This document shows positions 57,980 through 64,000 of a stretch of 64,000 nt of DNA, piece after piece. This DNA is from a virus: positions 32,001 to 96,000 of IMG/VR virus record IMGVR_UViG_3300042731_005759, one strand, 5' to 3'. Each line of letters begins with the position of its first letter. The stretch's first letter is position 1. The notes below the pieces were generated by a model. That model searched no databases and was not told the DNA's origin. It saw only the letters and a program-made list of their open reading frames with translations. Made by a program: the position numbers and the translations under genes.

Positions 57980-59314
57980 ATGAAACTAAGATTTGATTCA
58001 CAAGACAAAAAATTAATTTTAAATCAACAAGAGTCTTTTAGAACGGACTCGGGTTGGGATGAGAGTATACAATCGTATGAGGATGAATTATTAAGAAGTA
58101 TTATTAATCCTATTGAGAATTATGAAACTAATAGGTATATACACAAACCATATACTTCAAGTGCCGCTTCGACTCCATCCGAATCCGCTGCGGAAGAAGA
58201 AGGTACTGTTACTACCAATACACAGATTAATACCATCGAACAAACAGATATATGGTTCTATTTTTATTTTGTTAAAAATGGGTCATATACGAATGGTTTA
58301 GATTATAAATCCGTTGGAATTTCTCAAACAGATAAACTATTATCAGATCTTAGAAATAGTTTTTTCAGACTTGAATTTTATAAAACTCCCGACGGTGAAC
58401 AACCAAATAGAACAAACAGAAGATTAGTATTCGCGAAGAACTTGTCCCCCGCTGTGGGTGAAAGGGTTAGTGTTACGGGAAAAACAGAGAAATTTTATGT
58501 GCCCGTTTTTATGGGGTCAAGTATGAGAAACAAAGAGAATATGTATCTCTTTTGGTTTCACGATGATACGGTATTAGAAGAAACTACACTAACAGGAGGA
58601 ACATTCTTTATGTCCGCAAAATTTTATAATGCGGTGGATGGATCTAAAATACTTTTTGGTAATAAACCAATTGCAGATTCAAGTACAGTAACACAAGAGA
58701 ATGATTTATACTATAGAGTTGAAATGTCTCGTAATGATGCGGGTGAACCAACATATCATTATGTGGTCACAGAGGAGAATGGAACGTACCCATATTTAGG
58801 GACACGTAAAGGGACGGCGGATAACCCTATTTTATTTTATCAGATGGAAGGAACTCAGGCACCACCTCCAACTGCAAATCCAACACCTGTACCAACAGGT
58901 GGAACACCACAACCAACTCCTGCACCGACACCAGTACCAACACCAGGCCCAACATCAAATAGTCCAACAATAACGTGGTCGGCGGGGACAAATGTAACTG
59001 TAAGTGCAAATGCACCACAGACAATGAATTATGATGATATAAGTGGTACAGTAACAGTAACAAATGGTAGTGTAAATGTTTACCTCCGAAGTTCAAAGGC
59101 GTTCAACTATGATAACGTGTCAAACGCCTCTTTAAGTGTCACAAGTGTTGGTTCATTAAATGTTACTGCGGCATCAGGAGACATGAATAATGATAGTTTA
59201 CCATCTGTGTTAACAATACCACCTGGTACATATAACTACACTTTAGGTGCGGAAATAAGTTTAGATGGTGGACTAACATCAGGTATGGCACAATCAGATA
59301 TATATACACAATAA
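57980..59314 (+). CDS. Putative structural protein with PT linker and appended beta domain
   Basis: Globular N-terminal part, PT linker at about 58858-58965, Ser/Thr/Val-rich C-terminal domain. Confidence 0.65.
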   Translation: MKLRFDSQDKKLILNQQESFRTDSGWDESIQSYEDELLRSIINPIENYETNRYIHKPYTSSAASTPSESAAEEEGTVTTNTQINTIEQTDIWFYFYFVKNGSYTNGLDYKSVGISQTDKLLSDLRNSFFRLEFYKTPDGEQPNRTNRRLVFAKNLSPAVGERVSVTGKTEKFYVPVFMGSSMRNKENMYLFWFHDDTVLEETTLTGGTFFMSAKFYNAVDGSKILFGNKPIADSSTVTQENDLYYRVEMSRNDAGEPTYHYVVTEENGTYPYLGTRKGTADNPILFYQMEGTQAPPPTANPTPVPTGGTPQPTPAPTPVPTPGPTSNSPTITWSAGTNVTVSANAPQTMNYDDISGTVTVTNGSVNVYLRSSKAFNYDNVSNASLSVTSVGSLNVTAASGDMNNDSLPSVLTIPPGTYNYTLGAEISLDGGLTSGMAQSDIYTQ

Positions 59315-59315
59315 G

Positions 59316-60230
59316 ATGGAGAAGAACTTTTATAAAATATACAAACCAACAACAGGACTAACTCACAACGTACCTGTATACTTAGTCTCTGAAGCGGATG
59401 AGATGGGTGGTATGGTTGGTTTTGACGGTGATATAGAACAAGTTGAACAGATCTGTAATTTCAATTATCAAATAACTGGTGGAAATACAATAAGAGTTTA
59501 TAATACTGTCAACAGAGATTTATTAAAGGTTATAAGAAGTGAAACATATACTATTGATTGGGGTGATGGAGGGAATGAAGTTATAACAGTTAGTACAGGA
59601 ACTAATCTTTCGTTTAAACAACATACATATTCCTCATCAGGAACATATTTGGTCACTATAACACTACAAACAAATTATATAGCAAAAAGAATACAAAAAA
59701 AGATTACTGTACCCCAAAACACAACAGTCACTAATCCATTCGGTAGTTTCTCAACTACAATGGTATATGAAGGGCAAACAACTGTTACACAAAATTACAT
59801 TAATGATTATGATAATAGTAATGTAACGGGTACAACACAGATCTATTTTGCCGCGATGGGCAGAAGTAGAGTGAGTGAATTAAAAAAATACGGTGAAACA
59901 AACTATCAAAATATTACAACAGGAAGTGATACTGTTGGTAGTTACACTGGATACACTATTGATAATTTGTCCTATAGAGATTATGAGGATGGGACCACAA
60001 CAATTACAGGTTCAACAACAAATTTTGAGATAGAAGACGAGTTCGATAAGATGTTAACAAGGAACGAACATTTCATCGGATTTATAGATGAACCGACCAT
60101 TTATTCTGACGTTTTTGTCGAAAGAGGGAAGCAGGGAGTTTTAGAAATGAATTTAAGGTTAGGTGAAATTGATAATATTGGAGAACTGTCTGTTTATGGA
60201 AACGGATTTTTCCAAGTTAAAAAACAATAA
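59316..60230 (+). CDS. Putative structural protein with PKD (Ig-like) domain
   Basis: YTIDWGDG...HTYSSSGTYLVTITL. Confidence 0.7.
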   Translation: MEKNFYKIYKPTTGLTHNVPVYLVSEADEMGGMVGFDGDIEQVEQICNFNYQITGGNTIRVYNTVNRDLLKVIRSETYTIDWGDGGNEVITVSTGTNLSFKQHTYSSSGTYLVTITLQTNYIAKRIQKKITVPQNTTVTNPFGSFSTTMVYEGQTTVTQNYINDYDNSNVTGTTQIYFAAMGRSRVSELKKYGETNYQNITTGSDTVGSYTGYTIDNLSYRDYEDGTTTITGSTTNFEIEDEFDKMLTRNEHFIGFIDEPTIYSDVFVERGKQGVLEMNLRLGEIDNIGELSVYGNGFFQVKKQ

Positions 60231-60256
60231 AAATAATATTTATTAATTAAAAGATT

Positions 60257-61174
60257 ATGGCAGTAGGTAGTTATGGAACGGTAAGACCCGCAGATGTGTC
60301 TCCGTCAGACATAGAAATTTTTTATCACTATGTTTCTGGTAGGACATCAACGGCACCCGTTCAGTTTAAAAAATTAGATTCAGAGGACGTTTTAACTCCT
60401 ATCTACCATGGTGATAGAAATGATACTCTTGAGACTGGTGTTTCTACAACAGAATTAATCGGTGGACTTTACAATTTAAAATTAGATTCTGCGGATTTTG
60501 ACGATTTAGGTGTGTATACATTACATATTAGACCTAAACAAATTAGAACATCAATAACCGATTGTGGTATTCTAGCTTCATTACCATCGGTAAGAGGAAT
60601 AATAATCGATTTGAGTAACGTACCATCTGATGATAGAAATAAATTTACCCCACAAGGATTAGTGGGATATAGAATTGAGTATATCAACAACGACGGTACT
60701 AAACTTCCTAATTTCTATAGGGTAGTTACCTCATCTTTTTACTGTACACCAATTACATCAAACTTGACTAATTCAAGTCAGAAGGCAATCAGATATCAAT
60801 ATACTGATCAGTCTACTAATTTGTTGTTTTTGACAGTAACACCATCGTCAGCACCATCAAACAGACCGAATACGGTACCGTTTATTGGTGAACCATCACA
60901 GAACATAGTTCTATCAAATACATTTTTCAATCCTACAACTTTAGAAGTTGAAATGGTTGAACATGATGATACTACATTGGCTTACGCATTGTATGGTAAC
61001 CAATCTAAATCAGTATCTGATGGTATTTACACAGTTTACGACGGTGCAAACAATATCTACAAACAATTTAACTTGTTTGAGATCAAAGATGAGTTCAACG
61101 AAACACTATTTGAGGTTAGAGAGGAAAGGGACGAAATCGATACAACTAAAGATTTTGATGATATCACTCAATAA
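60257..61174 (+). CDS. Putative structural protein
   Basis: 305 aa; TATTTAT upstream at 60237-60243. Confidence 0.65.
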   Translation: MAVGSYGTVRPADVSPSDIEIFYHYVSGRTSTAPVQFKKLDSEDVLTPIYHGDRNDTLETGVSTTELIGGLYNLKLDSADFDDLGVYTLHIRPKQIRTSITDCGILASLPSVRGIIIDLSNVPSDDRNKFTPQGLVGYRIEYINNDGTKLPNFYRVVTSSFYCTPITSNLTNSSQKAIRYQYTDQSTNLLFLTVTPSSAPSNRPNTVPFIGEPSQNIVLSNTFFNPTTLEVEMVEHDDTTLAYALYGNQSKSVSDGIYTVYDGANNIYKQFNLFEIKDEFNETLFEVREERDEIDTTKDFDDITQ

Positions 61175-64000
61175 TGGCAAAAAGAAAAGTTCCAAGTCAG
61201 GCGGCAAGTGGAAGGGAGACCTTTAACGACAACTTGATCGGTAATCAGATTACTGATGGATCAAGCCAATTGACTGCGACGAACTTTTCGGTTGAAAAGA
61301 CATTACCACAGAGAGATTCCAAAAAATTTAAGACAACACCATTTTCAGAATATCTAACTTTAGATGATCTAAATGAAGAAAATGATGCACCAACTACCAC
61401 ATCATCAACAAGTGATGATGATAAAACGGTAAAATTCAATGCATCTAAAGAAAATGGTAGTAAATCACTTTATGGTTCTTTAAGAGAGAGAATTTCCATC
61501 TCAGTAAAAAGAATTATAAATAAATTTCCCGCGGGTTTTTACGTAGACAAGGACACTCCAATCTCTTCAACAGAGTACACGGCAGAAAACATTGTATACA
61601 ATTCCAAAACCTATGAAACAACATTAAAACTTGAAAATTCTAAGATTTTTAACCCACATGATGTTGTTTTAGTAAAACCCAAAAGTAATACTCAACCCGA
61701 GGTTGAGAATACATTTAAAAACTTCTATGATCACTATAAAAAATATACATTAGTTATTGGTGAACAGACCTATAACATTGTAAGTTTCACAGAAGTAGAC
61801 AGTACTGGTTTCATTACATTAAAAGTTAAAGGAAATCCTTTTAATGGAAATAGTACTTACACTGAAAGTTTTTTAATAAGACCTGTAGATTCTGTCGTCG
61901 AAGAATTTTTCAAAAATTTAGATGATTTAGAATCCATTTTATTAAACCGAGAGTCGACACCTAAGTACACGTCGAAATTTGTCGTTCCACAAGATTCTTT
62001 AGATGGTTCAAAAACTGAAAACAAAACGTTAAGGTTTACTTGGCCATTATTTAAGGATGGGTGGAACATAAAAATCACTGGTAACTCTTATGTTGAATAC
62101 CTAAGAAGACTCAGTGATGTTGGTCAAGAAATAGACAACTACAAATCAAATTTAATTGTTAGATTTTTAACTACTGCCTCTCTCAATGAATTTGATACTC
62201 CAGATCAAAGAATCGCGTCTATTTTCAAACTATACGGACAAAGCTTCGACTCTATCAAAAAGTTTATTGATAATGTTTCTTACATGAGAAATGTAAGTTA
62301 CGATGGTATCAATAACGTTCCTGATGTTCTCCTTAAAAACTTATCAAACACATTAGGTTTAACCGATGTTAAACTTTTTGATGATAAGTCTTTGGAGGAT
62401 ATTCTCTATTCGAGAATTGATAGTCAGTACGAAGGTGTTGATCTTGGTAAAAATGTGATTGAGGCGGAAACAGAGTTCTATAGACGAGTCTTAGTAAACT
62501 TAGCACACATATATAAATCGAAAGGTACAAGAAACGCAATTGAGTTTTTCCTTAGATTTTTAGGTGCACCTGAACCTTTAATTAAAATTGAGGAATATAC
62601 CTACAAATATGATGAGGTTAGAAAGAACGTAAGTGATATCGATAGTGATATTTACGATCTTATTCAGGACGAAAAGACGTTTACTATTGCAGAATTACAA
62701 ACCACGGGATTTACTTACTTAAATACTGTTACAACAGGACTTACGTCATATAAAGAGACTGAGTTCCCAATTAATGTTGAAAGTAGTGGTAGTACTAAGT
62801 ACGGTGATGTACAACAAATTGTAAGTGAGACTAATGATACCTTTTTTGAAAAAGGTGCGGGTTGGTATGATATAACTTTACAACACAGATCATCATTAGA
62901 GTTAGATACTGAAAATTCAGATTTACTATCCACACCAAAAGTTATAAAAACAAAAAATAAAGACTATACCTACGGGGAGGATTACTTTGACTTATTTAGA
63001 CAGTTTGATGGTTTAGATTATGGTTATGAATTACATAATACTGTCGATAACAATAAAACAGAATTATTAGGTGATTTAGATTCAAAAACACTAAATAGAA
63101 AAAATATACAAGTTTATATTTCTTCTGCACAAGCATTAGATCATGATGTTTATAGAAAATCAAGAGAATTAGGTGTAAGTTTTGGGACAAATACTTTAGA
63201 ACCACAAACAGGTTTTACGTTCGCGGAATATATAGATCAAGTTTTAAACGAACAAATTAGAAATTCACATGTAGTAAAACATCAAAAAAGTTATATACAA
63301 CTTGAAGACATTTATCTAAGTTATTTAGATAAAGTATCGGACCCATATAGTAATCCAACAGTAAGTGAGTTCATTAATAAGATCAGTCCATATTGGGTAC
63401 AACTTATTGAACAATTTATTCCTGCGACAACATTATGGACGGGTGGTAATATTATTGAGAATCATAATTTAGGTAGGTCTAAATACGAATATAAAAAACC
63501 ATGTAGGATAACAGAATTTACTGAAAATCTATTCCCTGATTTCGAATTGGCAATTGAAGAGGATTTAGAAACAGTCTTAGGTGACCCCGATATTTTTAGG
63601 GGACTAACTGTTGTGAGCGGTGTAACATATAATTTACATATAGATTTTAATGGGACAACATATACTTCAAACAGTCTGTTAACACTAAGTGGTGAAACAC
63701 AGAGTATAAATCAAGTAAATGTTTGTAGTAATAATTTTACACATGCGGGATTATTCGAACCATATCCTGTAAATTCAGAGTGTTCAACTCTACTTAGTTC
63801 AGACTTTAATGGGGTTCCTTTTGATAAAACAATACACTTACCCCTTACTTGTGATTTTAAGTGTTATTTAAAACCACAAAGAGAAATATTAGAGTGTCTT
63901 TGGGTTGATAAAGTACAGGATATTATAGACAACCAAATCAATAGTCAATACTATAGAAAAACTTATTACTCAAATGGTCAAACTAATATATCTAATCACG
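61174..64000 (+). CDS. Partial CDS running off the window; baseplate wedge / P2 gpI (T4 gp7)-like protein
   Basis: ATG in a TAATG overlap (MAKRKVPSQ...); frame open where checked, including the window end; NVPD.LL..L...LG and IYKSKGTRNAIEFFLRFLG motifs. Confidence 0.7.
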   Translation, partial: MAKRKVPSQAASGRETFNDNLIGNQITDGSSQLTATNFSVEKTLPQRDSKKFKTTPFSEYLTLDDLNEENDAPTTTSSTSDDDKTVKFNASKENGSKSLYGSLRERISISVKRIINKFPAGFYVDKDTPISSTEYTAENIVYNSKTYETTLKLENSKIFNPHDVVLVKPKSNTQPEVENTFKNFYDHYKKYTLVIGEQTYNIVSFTEVDSTGFITLKVKGNPFNGNSTYTESFLIRPVDSVVEEFFKNLDDLESILLNRESTPKYTSKFVVPQDSLDGSKTENKTLRFTWPLFKDGWNIKITGNSYVEYLRRLSDVGQEIDNYKSNLIVRFLTTASLNEFDTPDQRIASIFKLYGQSFDSIKKFIDNVSYMRNVSYDGINNVPDVLLKNLSNTLGLTDVKLFDDKSLEDILYSRIDSQYEGVDLGKNVIEAETEFYRRVLVNLAHIYKSKGTRNAIEFFLRFLGAPEPLIKIEEYTYKYDEVRKNVSDIDSDIYDLIQDEKTFTIAELQTTGFTYLNTVTTGLTSYKETEFPINVESSGSTKYGDVQQIVSETNDTFFEKGAGWYDITLQHRSSLELDTENSDLLSTPKVIKTKNKDYTYGEDYFDLFRQFDGLDYGYELHNTVDNNKTELLGDLDSKTLNRKNIQVYISSAQALDHDVYRKSRELGVSFGTNTLEPQTGFTFAEYIDQVLNEQIRNSHVVKHQKSYIQLEDIYLSYLDKVSDPYSNPTVSEFINKISPYWVQLIEQFIPATTLWTGGNIIENHNLGRSKYEYKKPCRITEFTENLFPDFELAIEEDLETVLGDPDIFRGLTVVSGVTYNLHIDFNGTTYTSNSLLTLSGETQSINQVNVCSNNFTHAGLFEPYPVNSECSTLLSSDFNGVPFDKTIHLPLTCDFKCYLKPQREILECLWVDKVQDIIDNQINSQYYRKTYYSNGQTNISNH

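Noticed and set aside
1-64000. Stop-codon reassignment as in some large Bacteroidota phages
   Set aside because: Conserved genes are full length in code 11, and TAG ends several genes (27073, 29006, 40614, 50057).

Overview
AT-rich, densely coded 64-kb segment of a large, distantly T4-like myovirus genome (genetic code 11). The host is probably a Bacteroidota bacterium: there are no Shine-Dalgarno motifs, there is a TTG-N20-TAnnTTTG promoter, and there is a DUF4494-like gene. The window holds a contractile-tail module (neck, terminator, sheath, tube, chaperone, tape measure, hub, baseplate wedges). This is interleaved with replication and nucleotide genes (family-B polymerase, SNF2 helicase, gp32-like SSB, RecA, 5'-3' exonuclease, DnaB, NrdAB, QueC-like). 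It also has a cluster of mucin-like Pro/Thr-stalk proteins, one carrying an intact trypsin-like protease, a glycosyltransferase, and a leftward operon with a WYL-like protein and a 47-aa repeat protein. Signals not in the ORF track: (i) a TATTTAT late-promoter motif before about 17 genes, six times exactly 4 nt from the ATG, suggesting leaderless mRNAs; (ii) a probable +1/-2 frameshift in the tail chaperone; (iii) a promoter- and terminator-delimited ~140-nt antisense RNA between sheath and tube; (iv) a GC-rich structured element between ssb and recA; (v) strong enrichment of an (S/T)-G-x-T tetrapeptide in virion proteins, a possible modification sequon; (vi) an unlisted 52-aa RHH-like gene. 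All protein assignments come from motifs recognised by eye; no searches were run.
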